A stretch of DNA of 64,000 bases, from assembly GCF_006345805.1 (NCBI RefSeq), contig NC_043000.1:2604001-2668000 (forward strand). The letters are read 5' to 3'. Under the pieces are notes generated by a model that saw nothing but the letters and a program-made list of their open reading frames with translations, did no database searches and had not been told where the DNA came from. Shown here one piece after another: positions 1-13,479 of the stretch. Within the stretch, counting starts at the first letter, position 1; every line of letters begins with the position of its first letter. A program made the translations under genes and the position numbers. The stretch comes from Octopus sinensis (taxonomy: Eukaryota).

Positions 1-290
1 GTCCTCAGCCTTTCTTCATAGGACAAATTTTTGAGACCATGAACCATGCGGTTAGCCAGCTTCTGGACTCTTTCGAGATGCTGTATGTCTTTGAGGAGAT
101 AAGGAGAAGAGGCTTGAATCCCATACTCCAATATGGGTCTCACCAGCGTGACATAGAGTGGTAGGAATATGGCTGCTGTGAGCATTCCGAATGACCGTCG
201 AATCAAGAACAGAATTCCGCGTGCTTTGTTGGCAGCATGGACGCACTGGGCCGAAGGTGAAAAGGAGGAATCCACCAAGATACCTATAGG
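1..290 (-). mobile_element. CR1-type LINE fragment (post-RT region)
   Basis: Minus strand translates to LYVTLVRPILEYGIQASSPYLLKDIQHLERVQKLANRMVHGLKNLSYEERLR. Confidence 0.8.
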
Positions 291-984
291 TCCTTTACCT
301 GATCGGTCCTCTCCAGCAGCAGACGACCCGGCTCGAAATCAAGTTGAGTTGCAGGAGGAGAGCCAACAGGCAGATAATGCCAACCACTTCACAGAGTGTG
401 TAACATCAATAGATCCACTTGCCTCAAACACTATGCTGGGACACGCACAATTCTTTTATTCTTTTACTTGTTTCAGTCATTTGACTGCGGCCATGCTGGA
501 GCACTGCCTTTAGTCGAGCAACTCGACCCCAGGACTTATTCTTTGTAAGCCCAGTACTTATTCTGTCGGTCTGTTTTGCCAAACCGCTAAGCTACGGGTA
601 CATAAACACACCAGCATCAGTTGTCAAGCGATGTTGGGGAACAAATAAAGATACACAAACATATACATATATATATATGACAGGCTTCTTTCAGTTTCCA
701 TCTACCAAATCCACTCACAAGGCTATAACAGAAGACACTTGCCCATGGGGCCACACAGTAGGACTGAACCTGGAACCATGTGGTTGGTAAGCAAGCTACT
801 TACCACACAGCCACTCCACAATGATGAGTATTGAAGGAGAGAAATTGTTATACTCTAGCTCAGTCTATCTTACTCACATCCATTGAATATATAAAGGTAA
901 AGACATAGACTGGACAGTTGAGAAAGTACAATGTGATGTGTTTCAATGCATGATCCGCCGATCTATATTAGACCCTGCAATATA

Positions 985-1525
985 CTGTTTAGCTGGAAGA
1001 CCCTACATCTGGCAACAAGACCCTACATCTGGCAACAAGACCCTACATCTGGCAACAAGACCCTACATCTGGCAACAAGACCCTACATCTGGCAACAAAA
1101 CTATGCACCATGCCACACAAGTAGGAGAACCCAGTTATGGCTGTCAGACAATTTCTGCAACCTCATCACCCTTAACATCAGGCCACCTAACTCCCTAGAC
1201 TGCAACCCCCTTGATTATTATGTGTGGGGCACAGTTGAGAGAGACACCAACAAAACTCCTTGTAATACCAAAGATGAACTGAAGGCAAGGATTATGGCAG
1301 CTTAATCACCAACTTAAACAAGGGGACTGTCCAGAAGAGTTGCAGGAGATTTCAAAGTCATCTGGAAGTCGTAGTTGAAGCCAATGGTGTTTATATTGAA
1401 GAAATTTACTCTTTAGTATTTCAAGATATTTTTGTGTAATTTTGGTAAATATATCTGTTAAAATGAGATATCAGTGTTATTTTCATTTTTCTGTAATTTA
1501 GATTGCAGTTTATTCACTGCACCCT
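985..1525 (+). mobile_element. Tc1/mariner (DD37D, maT-like) transposase 3' remnant
   Basis: WQQ(D/N)YAPCHTS...PPNSLDCNPLDYYVW with 37 residues between the catalytic positions; contains five copies of a 20-bp repeat. Confidence 0.8.
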
Positions 1526-1604
1526 TTATATATGTTTGCATGTATACATATATAGACATACACACATATATACACATCTATCTATCTCTCTCTCTCTCTC
1601 TTTC

Positions 1605-1636
<32 letters not shown>

Positions 1637-1708
1637 ATATATATATTTGTGTATGTATATATATTATGTATGTATATATATTTATGTATGTATATATATT
1701 TATGTATG

Positions 1709-1779
<71 letters not shown>

Positions 1780-2019
1780 GTATATTTGAGGGGGCACTGA
1801 AAAGTTCCTGGTTTGAGGTAAAATAAAATACAGGAGGATTAGTTAATTATGATTTTATTTATTTTTATTCAACATCGTCCCCTCTCAGACTTATGGCATT
1901 GGTCCTTTAGTTTTTATGTTCAGTTATAATAAAAACAGTTTTACATCGATCTAATGGGTTACTCCATAATTTTGTAAGATTACAAATTTATTATTCTTAA
2001 ACACAAGAATATTATTGAA

Positions 2020-2061
2020 AGCGACTTCGAAGTTCCAGCCAGCTAAACCATCATCAGACTG
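2020..2061 (-). ncRNA. Degenerate hammerhead motif inside an inverted repeat
   Basis: Minus strand CAGT-CTGATGA-TGGTTTAGCTGGCT-GGAA-CTTCGAAG-TC-GCT. The opposite arm (2074-2101) reads ...GACC-AAAA-CTTCGAAG-TC-ACTG. Confidence 0.55.
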
Positions 2062-3485
2062 CCTTACATCGACTTAGCTGACCAAAACTTCGAAGTCACT
2101 GACAATAATATTCTCGTTGAAGAATATCTGTGTGTGTGCGTGTGTGTATCAGAGGCATATGGTGGTTGTTGTATTGCGATGTGCTGCCACTCCAAATGCC
2201 ACCAGATTTCAAGCAGGAGTATAATAAAAGTTTTCCATTACGATTTGTGATTACATTAATGAGTAAGGTTAATGTTTATAATGAATTTGCCATTTTTCAA
2301 TTGGGTGTGCAGTGCACATGTCTCTGATACATAAATATATATATATATATATATATCCTTCGAAACATAGAGTAGATGAAACCATAGCGACTGAAGAAGG
2401 GGTTTTTTCTTTGTGTTAATTGTCCTGTACTCCAATTTTTGTTGTTTTTAAAAAAATGTCCAGTTCCTTTGGTTTGTGTCTATGTTTTCGTTTCTCTTTG
2501 TGTTCGACGTCCCTTTGGTGTCCTGTACTCATATATGCGTGTATATGTACATGTAGAGGTAGGTACGTACATATATGTTTATATATATGCATATGTTTTA
2601 TTTCATTTATTAATATATATATATATATATATATATATTTTCAATATGTCGTCATCTTTTCAGAATATGGCAAATCTATTATGTGGGAAGCAATCTATTT
2701 TAGCCAGTTGTTATTTGGAAATTCCTCAATGAATATCAATGGAAGTGTCTGTAAAAAGCCACCAATTCCTATCTTTTGTTCGAAATTACAAAAGGCTGTA
2801 ATAGGATGTTTTACTTCTTTGCAAGAGAAAGATCATACCTTTCAGGAACATTACCGTAGGAGCATACATGTTCTGTGAGGGACCAATCAATTTAATAATT
2901 GTTATATTGCCATCTTTTATATTACAGATATATTTGGACAGTGCTGCAGTAATACATCTTTCTGAGTGTCTAAATGTACGTGTATCTGGATGTGTGTGTG
3001 TGTATAAATATATTTATATATGCATGTATATGCTGCAAGGCTAATTTCTTTAAAGGGTTTTGCCATCAAGCATTTAACACTAAAACTACATTAATAGCTA
3101 GCTGCCTTGATTTCATGTTTTTTGTGTATATGATACCGAAGACATAAAAATACCATTTGTTTTTACATGGGAATAGATAAAAATATCACATATTCTATAT
3201 ATGACAGTAGCATACGAAAATGTCTGATGTATTTTTTTTATGTTTTTTCTTGTGCTTTTTGGCAACTAATCAAATTTTGATAACTACTCACATTTCAAAG
3301 TGTTTACAAATGTTTTTGTTTATAAATTGCCATACACCTTCTCTTCTTCAGTCATTCAAAGCAATCAGCAACATAAAACCCAGAATAATTTTCGGAACCT
3401 TCAACTTCTAATAAACTATACACTTTTTATTTTATGTGTAGAGCGCATTCTATCTCTCATATCACTCTGTCTCTGTCTGTCTGTC

Positions 3486-3522
<37 letters not shown>

Positions 3523-4948
3523 TGATATCTCCTTTTTATCTCGCTCTCTCTCTCTCCTACAATCCTCTTTTCCACCCATCATGCCATCAAGCTGTTTCTA
3601 TTTAATCTCCTTATATATTTCTTTATTGCCCACAAGGGGCTAAACACAGAGGGGACAAACAAGGACAGACAAATGAATTAAGTCGATTATATCGACCCCA
3701 GTGCATAACTGGTACTTAATTTATCGACCCCGAAAGGATGAAAGGCAAAGTCGACCTCAGCGGAATTTGAACTCAGAATGTAACGGCAGACGAAATATGG
3801 CTACGCCTTTCGCCCGGTGTGCTAACGTTTCTGCCAGCTCGCTGCCCTTTAATCTCCTTATATAACTCTCTCTCTCTCTTTCTTTCTCTCTCTCTCTCTC
3901 TCTCTGTAGTCTCTCAGCTATCACCCTGTTACTCCACTCACTATGGTTTTCTTACATTACTCTTTTCTCATTCACCCTTTCACTTTCTTCCTCTTTCATC
4001 ACTCTCTCTTTCATTGCTGTCTGCTGGGGACAAAACAACATAAAGCAGAGATGACTCATTAGTCTTGCCGGGGACAAGTCAACCTCACTAGTGCTGGTGC
4101 CATAATAAAATGCTCTTGGTATGTTCTGTAATGTGACTGGTAATAGGAAGTGCATTTAAGCACAGAAACCATGTGAAAAATGGAATGTATAAGTGAGATG
4201 GAGTCATTGACCGATCTATGTGGAGGATAGTAAGAACTAACTCAGACCAGGATGACCAGCAACATGAAGAAGCAAATGTAAAATTGATGCTGATAAAGAT
4301 GATAATGATAATGTTGGTGTTGTTGATGGTGGTGGTGGTGGTGGTATGGATCAGTGGTGCTGATGTTGGTTATGATGGTGATGATGGTGGTGGTTATAAG
4401 GATGATGATGATGTTGTTGTTGGCAGTGACAGTGGCAATTATGGTGGTGGTGATGGTAGTGGCAGTTGTGGTGATGATACCATCACGGCGAGCTGGTAGA
4501 AATGTTAGCACACCAGGCGAAATGCTTAGCGGTATTTCGTCTGCCGTTATGTTCTGAGTTCAAATTCTGCCGAGGTCGACGTTGCCTTTCATCTTTTTGG
4601 GGTCGATAAATTAAGTACCAGTTATGCACTGGAGTCAATGTAATCGACTTAATCCGTTTGTCTGTCCTTATTTGTCCCCTCAATGTTTAGCCCCTTGTGG
4701 GCAATAAAGAAATAAGTGGTGGTGGTGGTGGTGGTGGTGGTGGTGGTGGTGGCAGTGGTGGTGGTGGCAGTGGTTATGGTGGTGGTGGTAGTGGTGACTG
4801 TAAGGATAATAATGATGGTGGTAGTGATGGTGATGATGATGAGGGTGGCAGTGGTGGTGGTTATGATGTTAGTGATGGTTGTTGTGGTAGTGATGATGGC
4901 TACTCTGTGTGGTTACACATCAGTGCAAATGTCTTTCAGATTTTTGTT

Positions 4949-5506
4949 TACATATATTTCATTTTACATATCTGTGTGTGTATGTGTGTGTGTGTGTGTG
5001 TATGTGTGTGTGTGTGTGTGTGTGTTGGTGTGTTTATGTATGAGTATATAGTTTTAAAAAGTCCTATTAAACTGTCCATCAACTTATAATAGGGTATGAA
5101 GAACATATTTTTATGTAGAGATGTATTGTGTGTGTACATGTGTGTGTGCATGTGTCTATGTTTGTGTGTGTGTGTGTGTGTGCATGTTTGTGTGTGTGTG
5201 TGTGTTTTTATGTGTGTGTGCGTGCATGTGTCTGTGTTTGTGGTGTGTGTGTGTGTGTGTGTGTGCATGCATGTGTCTATGTTTGTGTGTGTGTGTGTGC
5301 AGGTCTGTGTATGTGTCTGTGTTTGTGTGTGTGTGCATGCATGTGTCTATGTTTGTGTGTGTGTGTGTGTGTGTGTGTGCATGCATGTGTCTATGTTTGT
5401 GTGTGTGTGTGTGCAGGTCTGTGTATGTGTCTATGTTTGTGTGTGTGTGTTTTTGTGTGTGTGTGCGTGCATGTGTCTGTGTTTGTGTGTGTGCGTGCAT
5501 GTGTCT

Positions 5507-5537
<31 letters not shown>

Positions 5538-5640
5538 CATGCATGTGTCTATGTTTGTGTGTGTGTGTGTGTGTGTGTGCAGGTCTGTGTATGTGCATGC
5601 ATGTGGCTTTTTTTTTGTGTGGGTGTGTGTATGGTAGTGA
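4949..5640. repeat. Compound (GT)n microsatellite/minisatellite
   Basis: (GT)n runs punctuated by recurring gcatgcatgtgtctatgttt and gcaggtctgtgt units. Confidence 0.9.
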
Positions 5641-6103
5641 GGTAATGGTGATGGTGGCGCTCATTCATATTGGCTGAGAGAATGGTTTGGAGGAGGAGAT
5701 GGTAGTGCTGTTGCTGGTGTGGTACTGGCGTTAATGGTGCTGGTGGCATTGATATACTCGGTCTTATTGTAGTGGCAGTAGTATCGGTGGTACTGGTGCT
5801 AGTGAGGTGGTGCCGAACCTGACAAGTAGCTCTTTCTGAAACATCTATACCAGTTTTCATTTTTTTTTTTTTAGTTGAAACAAATGGGTGTGTGTGTGTG
5901 GGGGGGGGGGGTAGTGCAATGATGATGGAGGAATAATGGTTGGAGAGAGAGAGGTGGGTGATACTAAGTTCCTGGTGACTGGTTTTATACATTTAAGTGC
6001 ACAGATATATTGTAAATTTGTATGGGCATACAATTTAGAATGATCATACCATGTGAGGAGAGACTGCATATTTTAATTCAGATATATTATATACATATAT
6101 ATA

Positions 6104-6148
<45 letters not shown>

Positions 6149-6323
6149 TATAATACATATATGTATATATATATATATTATATATATATATATATATATA
6201 CATATATGTATATATATATATATATATACATATATATAATATTAATTAGGGTAGAAATTGATATTTATCAATTAAGACCAGTGGTCTAGCATATTAAAAA
6301 AAATCCGAAGATTAAAATATTTA

Positions 6324-6638
6324 TATATACCAATTAAGGACTGAACACGAAAAGTGGACAGTCAACATGCTAGATATAGACGTCAAATCGCCATTCACCA
6401 CAAACGATTATGTTCTCAGATCAAACTCAGCACAAAACCATAGCAATAAACAAGTGAAAAATATACGAAATAAAATAATTATTTTATTTTATTTCGTATA
6501 TTTTTCACTTGTTTATTGCTATGGTTTTGTGCTGAGTTTGATCTGAGAACATAATCTTTTGTGGTGAATGGCGATTTGACGTCTATATCTAGCATGTTGT
6601 CTGTCCACTTTTCGTGTTCAGTCCTTAATTGGTATATA
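6324..6638. repeat. Near-perfect palindrome, arms about 150 bp
   Basis: caattaaggactgaacacg...aaataaaataat and its reverse complement, with very few mismatches; flanked by (TA)n. Confidence 0.9.
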
Positions 6639-6836
6639 CATATATATGTATGTATATGTATTTACCTGTATGCATATATGTATATATATATTTATAAACA
6701 TCCACATATATTGTAAACTCTCAATAAATAATACACATATGTATTCTAAACTTATACTAATAAATAAACATATGTAACGCATATATACACAAATTCTTGC
6801 ATATATGTGTAGGTATGCACTCATGTTTTATTTGTA

Positions 6837-6887
<51 letters not shown>

Positions 6888-6889
6888 TG

Positions 6890-6930
<41 letters not shown>

Positions 6931-8271
6931 GTATCAATGTTTGTATGCACATCTGTATTAATCTATATGTCTATCTATCTGTCTGCATGTCTCTCTATCT
7001 ATCTATCTTGAGAAAGAGAGAGAGACAGAGAGAGGAAGGGTGCTAGTAGACTATGGTTAAGAAGTTTGTTTCATAACTGCCTGGCTTCCAATTAATCTTA
7101 CTGTGTGACACTTTGGACAAGTGTCTCCTGCTCTAGCCTCAGGTTCACCAATGCTTCGTGAGAGAAACCCATCATAGAGGTATATGCGTCTGCATATATC
7201 TGTGTATGTACGTTTGTCTTTGCTTGTCAGTACATTTTGTGAAGCACTCCATCGGTTATGACAATGAGGGTTCCGGTTCATCCGTATCAACGGAACAGCC
7301 TGCTTGTGAAATTAACATGTAAGTGGCTGAGCACTCCACAGACACGTGTACCCTTAACATAGTTCTCAGGGATATTCAGCGTGACACAGAGAGTGACAAG
7401 GCCAGCCCCTTGAAATACAGGTACAACAGAAACAGGAAGTAAGAGTGAGAGAAAGTTGTGATGAAAGAGTACAGCAGGGATCACCACCATCCCTTGCCGG
7501 AGCCTCGTGGAGCTTTTTTAGGTGTTTTCGCTCAATAAACACTCACAATGCCCGGTCTGGAAATCGAAACCACGATCCTATGACTGCGAGTCCGCTGCCC
7601 TAACCACTGGGCCATTGCGCCTCCACGTGTCAGTACATTGGCACTGCTTGGCCAATGGCTATATTTGTTTAAATGTAACTCGAACTCTGTCAGACACAGT
7701 GATGAGGGTTTCAGTTCATGCCACTTTGAATATACACTGGGAAGAATACCCTCATCTTTGAAGAATACCCTCATCTTTGAAGAATGCCCTCATCTTTGAA
7801 AGCTTATCCAAGAAGCTTCCAAAAGTATGAGACACTATTAGGGAGGGAAAGAGATGCTTAGCAGCATTTCGTTCGTCTTTACATTTTGAGTTCAAATTCA
7901 GCTGAGGTTGACTTTGTCATCATTTCGGGGTTAATAAAATAAGTACCAGTACCAGTAATCAACTATCACCCTTCCCCAAAATTTCAGGGTTTGTGCCTAC
8001 CATAGAAAAAGGAAAAGGGAAAAAAAAGTAGGGAAGACTTATTAGGAAAAGAAAAGCTTGCTTTGCTAAACATTGCTGAAGAAGTAGGGAGCTGGTTGCT
8101 GACATCTTGCTTTGAACCCTTCAAATGTTTGTAATTGCATTGATCAGTCAAGAGATGACACTGAATGTTAACTGGGAGGAAATGGGTGGAGGCTAAGAAT
8201 CAGATCATACAAATGCAAGCAAGCATGATCCAATGAAGATGGTGACATATATATATAAATACACACACTCC

Positions 8272-8317
<46 letters not shown>

Positions 8318-8508
8318 TCTTTTACTTGTTTCAGTCATCTGACTGCAGCCATGCTGGAGCATAACCTTTAGTCGAACAAATTGACCCTGGGACTTATTCT
8401 TTGTAAACCTAGTACTTATTTTATTGGTCTCTTTTGCCAAACCGTTAAACGACGGGGACGGTTGTCAAGCAATGCAAGGGGGACAATCACAGACACACAA
8501 ACATACAC

Positions 8509-8555
<47 letters not shown>

Positions 8556-8728
8556 CAACATATATCGACGGGCTTCTTTCAGTTTCCGTCTACCTATCCA
8601 CATCACAAGGCTTTGGTCGGCATAGAAGACACTTGCCCAAGATGCACACAGTGGGATGAACCCGGAACGATACTGGTAATCAAGCTACTTACCCACACAG
8701 TCGCTTCCTGTGCCACATTTATATTACA

Positions 8729-8770
<42 letters not shown>

Positions 8771-8779
8771 TATTAAATT

Positions 8780-10345
8780 AAATTAACAATTGAGGATAAA
8801 ATCTTAAAAGAAATTATCAGTGTCAGCGTGAAAAACCTCATAAGAGAAAAAATCCGTAAATTCTTCCTCTTGAAAATATTCATTTATATTATATTGAGGG
8901 TACTACTATTCGTAGATACCAACACGCTAAGAGGACCAATGCGGTCAAAACTACTAAAAATAACAAAATTTTACCGAAGCAAAACTTAAAACACATCATT
9001 TTAAAACACATCATTTTAAAAAAGAATTCAGTTACATATCACATGTGATCGCATTAATGCAGAATATGCATTTCATGTTCATCAGGCAACAAACTCAAGA
9101 AATATAAGAAAACATAACATTACAAGCTCGATAGCAACCGTAGAATTCATCGTACATGTACGAATGTTTATTTTACATATCTATGAAATGGCGGGCTTCT
9201 TCGCAATGCATTGCGGTACAAATTGTCTAGTCAGAATAAAAATTCAGTATTGAACTATTCCGGTGAAAAATATAAATTAACAATTGAGGATAAAATCTTA
9301 AAAGAAATTATCAGTAGTCAGCGTGAAAACCTCGTAAGAGAAAAAATCCGTAAATTCTTCCTCATTGAAAATATTCATTTATATTATATTGAGGGTACTA
9401 CTATCGTAGATACCAACACGCTAAGAGGGACCAATGCGGTCAAAACTACTAAAATAAACAAAATTTTTTATCCTCAATGGTTAATTTATATTTTTCACCG
9501 GAATAGTTCAATACTGAATTTTTATTCGACTAGACAATTTGTTACCGAAATGCATTGCGAAGAAGCCCACCTTTCATAGATATGTAAGATAAAATTCGTA
9601 CAAGCTACGATGAATTCTACGGTTGGCTATCGAGCTTTAAGTTATGATTTTTCTTATATTTCTTGAGTTTGTGCACTGCGAACATGAAATGATATTCTGC
9701 ATTAAATGCGAAATCAATGTGATATGTAACTGAATTCTTTTTTAAAATGATGTGTTTTGAAGTTTTGATTCGGTAAAATTTTGTTTATTTTTAGTAGTTT
9801 TGACCGCATTGGTCCCTCTTAGCGTGTTGGTATCTACGAATAGTAGTACCCTCATATAATATAAATGAATATTTTCAATGAGGAAGAATTACGGATTTTT
9901 TCTCTTACGAGGTTTTTCACGCTGACTACTGATAATTTCTTTTAAAGATTTTATCCTCATTGTTAATTTATATTTTTCACCGGAATAGTTCAATACTGAA
10001 TTTTTATTCCGAGTAGGTAATTGGTTACCGAAATGCATTGCGAATAAGCCCGCCATTTTCATAGATATGTAAAGATAAACATTCGTACAAGCTACGATAT
10101 TCTACGGTTGGCTATCAAGTTTGTAATGTTATGATTTTTCTTATATTTCTTGAGTTTGTTGCACTGATGAACATGAAAATGCATTATCTGCATAAATGCG
10201 AAATCACATGTGATATGTAACTGAATTTTTAAATTGATGTCTTTTGAAGTTTTGCATTCAGTAAAATAGTAGTTTTGACCGCATTGGTCCCTCTTAGCGT
10301 GTTGGTATCTACGAATAGTAGTACCCTCAATATAATATAAATAAT
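8780..10345. repeat. Tandem plus inverted array of a ~490-bp hammerhead-bearing unit
   Basis: Unit start recurs at 8781 and 9275; reverse-complement copies run from about 9466 to 10345. Confidence 0.85.
10158..10221 (+). ncRNA. Type I hammerhead ribozyme motif (degenerate sister copies about 9670-9730 + and 9031-9090 -)
   Basis: GTTGCA-CTGATGA-ACAT...ATGC-GAAA-TCACATGTGA-TA-TGTAAC: stem I closes and stem III is palindromic; one mismatch at the base of stem II. Confidence 0.72.
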
Positions 10346-10618
10346 AATATATATATATATATATATATAAATGTAATATATGACAATTATTCCGTAGCCA
10401 TGATAAAACTCCACATGTACATTGGTGTGCGGGAGCGCATGTGTAGGTATGGACATACGTGCTTACGGGAATACTATGAACATTTTTACCCCCCTACCTT
10501 TACTCCCTCCCCTCACTTAGCGGTCATTCAAATAGCTCTTTTGTCTTAATAACAGTCAATCGCACAGTAATTTCCCTTTGTTTAACTGTCATTTTCATAG
10601 GATTTTTTCCGATGGCCG

Positions 10619-10679
10619 GATAACTGAAGAGATGGTGGCGTGGATTTCCACCCCGACATCCGAAACCTGGAGTTGTGTC
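10619..10679 (+). ncRNA. Hammerhead-like motif with long stem II, degenerate
   Basis: GATAA-CTGAAGA-GATG...CCGACATC-C-GAAA-CCTGGAG-TTGTGTC; homologous to 38529-38589. Confidence 0.5.
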
Positions 10680-11250
10680 ATGGCTACCAAATAATTGTCG
10701 CATATTACATTTACAGATAAATTCCTCTATTTATATAATATCAAGGTTTCTTTCTTTCTTTTGTTGTCTTACCATTTCTATCACTATATATATATATATA
10801 TATATAGAAACACTGCCAGATTTGACTGGGCCTGATGAAGCCTTCTGGCTTCACAGACCCCAGTAGAACCGTCCAACCCATGCTAGCATGGAAAACGGAC
10901 GCTAAACGATGATGATGATGATGATGATGATGATATAATATACAGTACATTAAAACACATTAAGCGGCTTTCATCATAGGAATCCTTTACGCTAGCAGAA
11001 CAACTGTGGTCCAGGAATTAGATGGTAAATGTTTTTATTTTTCATTCCCTTCAAGAATTTATCCCTAATTAGTGGTTTGGACTTTAACTGTTCTTTCTAG
11101 TGTAAAGGATTCCTATGATGGAAGCCTCTTAATGTGTTTTAATGTACACAGTATTTTATATGAATAATATATAGTCTATTGACCAATTTTTTTACGCTGG
11201 GCCACTGGTAGTAGAAATTTCTAATATTTTATTACCCTGATATTATTAAT

Positions 11251-11288
<38 letters not shown>

Positions 11289-11627
11289 CTGGTTTCAGCC
11301 AGTGTTGGCCCAGGCCATGACTAACTTAATAGCACCACATGGAGATGGCTTTTAATCATGTTTTATGTTAGAGTCATACTTTCAAAGATGATTAAATGTC
11401 ATCTCCAGGTGGTGCTATTAAATTAGTGTGGCCTAGGCCATATTTCTGGCCAAAACCTAAGACAGATGTGTGTATGTATGTATAAATGTACATATATTAA
11501 TATTACACTCTCACACAGAATTTATTTCATAAGCCCCTTTACCATTTTGATACTCTGTGTGTGTTTTCACTAATATCCTTGTTTTTCTGCCTAATCTTGT
11601 TAGTTCTTGAGAGTTCAGTTGAGAATA

Positions 11628-12006
11628 TCTTTATATATAAAAGTGAAGTTGTGTGTCTGTCTCCTACGATTTAGATTCCTAACTACTCCCACATTTTGCG
11701 GTGCAGTTTAACCAAAACCAGGTATCTTATAGTCGTGATTCATATCGAGCCCTTCTGGGTATTAGCACGCGTCTACAATGATTTTAAAAAAAATTTACCA
11801 TCATTTTTTCCATTTTAATGCATTTTTTTCGCTATTATATAAGGGAAGTAACTCTCTAAAAATGTCTACGATGAGTCAACGATATTTAAAAAAATTTACC
11901 ATCATTTTTTTTCCATTTTTAATGCATTTTTTTGCTATAACTCTCTAAAAATGCTTATATAGTTATTTCCCTTACAAACCCGAGCAACGCCGGGCGATAC
12001 TGCTAG
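11628..12006 (+). mobile_element. Non-autonomous Helitron
   Basis: A|TC start, 3' hairpin cccgagcaacgccggg, CTAG|T end. Confidence 0.75.
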
Positions 12007-12299
12007 TTATAACTATAACTTATTATTGGGATAGCCAGAATATTGATGCCAATTACCTTATTTTTCCATTTAGTTCTGTTTCCAGTATTAATCTAATTCT
12101 TCAGTAATATTTCTTCGTCTTTTCAGTCATTTGTGTGTAAGTTGTGCAATGTCCTGCTCATTGATTCTCGACTATTTTGTATGTCTGCTTTTGACCTACT
12201 TTTCTTATCGTAGTTCCTTTATCTAGCATGATATTAGTATCTTTAATTAATTTTCCTCTCTTCAAAGTTGCTTTGGCACAGTCTTCTATATTATTATTA

Positions 12300-12520
12300 T
12301 TCAGTAGTTTTATTTTTATAGCGTGCTTTCACCTCACTACCGAGCGCAGCTCTGTGTGCCTTGGGTATGTGCTGTGATTTGTTGTGATGCTCTGATGGTT
12401 ATTGTATGGAAAGTGTTCTGCGTAGGATGTGTGCAGTGCCTAGTAGTGCAATTTTCTGTATGTTATATGTGTTTGTAAGTCCTGGTGTTTTTGTTATGTA
12501 TTTGTCTGATTATTTGTCTG
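12300..12520 (-). mobile_element. R4/Dong-like LINE 3' end fragment in (TAA)n
   Basis: Minus strand encodes IQKIALLGTAHILRRTLS. Confidence 0.7.
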
Positions 12521-12521
12521 A

Positions 12522-12575
<54 letters not shown>

Positions 12576-12615
12576 TATTATTATTATCATCATCATCATC
12601 ATTATTTATTATTAA

Positions 12616-12850
12616 GGCAGTAAGCTGGCAGAAACGTTAGCACGCCAGGCGAAATGCTTAGCTGTATTTCGTCTGCCGCTACGTTCTGAGTTCAAATTCC
12701 GCCGAGGTCGACTTTGCCTTTCATCCTTTCGGGGTCCATTAAATAAGTACCAGTTACGCACTGGGGTCGATATAATCGACTTAATCCGTTTGTCTGTCCT
12801 TGTTTGTCCCCTCTGTGTTTAGCTCCTTGTGGGTAGTAAAGAAATAGGTA
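12616..12850 (+). mobile_element. SINE family B, representative copy
   Basis: gagctggcagaaacgttagc...gagttcaaattcc...gcctttcatcctttcgggg. Copies at about 3617-3848, 4487-4714, 28420-28865, 32800-32985 and 43322-43540. Confidence 0.85.
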
Positions 12851-13479
12851 TTTCACTCGTCTCTATGTTCTGAGTTCAAATTCTGATGAGGACAACTTTG
12901 CCTTTCATCCTTTCAGGGTCGATCAATTAAGTGCCAGCCATGTACTGGGGTCAATGTGATTGACTTAGCCTCTACCCACAAAATTTCAGGTCTTGTGTCT
13001 ATAGTAGAGATGATTATTATTACTGCAGCAGGCTGACAGAATCATTTGTACTCTGGACGAAATGCTTAGCAGTATTTTGCCCATCACTGCATTCTGAGTT
13101 CAAATTCCACTGAAGTCAATTTTTCCTTCTATTCTTTTGGGATTGATAAATTAAGTACCAGTGAAATACTGGGGTCGAGGTAATCAACTTTGCCCTCCCC
13201 CAAATTTCAGGCCTTGTAGAAAGAATTATTAAAGCGGTGAGCTGGCAGGATCATTAGCACGCTGGGCAAGATGCTTAGTGATATTTTGTCTGTCTTCACG
13301 TTCCGAGGTCAAATCCTACCAAGGTCATCTTCACTTTTCACCTTTTGGGGTCAATAAATTAAGTACCAGTGAAGCACTGGCCCCCTCCTCCAAAATTTCA
13401 GGCCTTGTGCCTTTAATAGATAGGATTATTATAATAATTATTATTATCATTTTATTTCTCATAATGTTTGGTCTTGTTT

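Noticed and set aside
998-1098. Five exact 20-bp direct repeats, CRISPR-like at a glance
   Set aside because: No spacers; a tandem duplication inside a transposase remnant in eukaryotic DNA.
2664-2878. Unique-looking open frame after ttttcAG
   Set aside because: No recognisable homology or partner exons; cannot be supported without transcripts.
4218-4900. Gly/Asp-rich ORFs
   Set aside because: GGT/GAT trinucleotide repeats interrupted by a SINE.
7741-7800. Three copies of a 19-bp unit
   Set aside because: Small local tandem duplication with no further structure.
9211-9579. 122-aa ORF
   Set aside because: Spans the junction of the repeat array and is not preserved in sister units.
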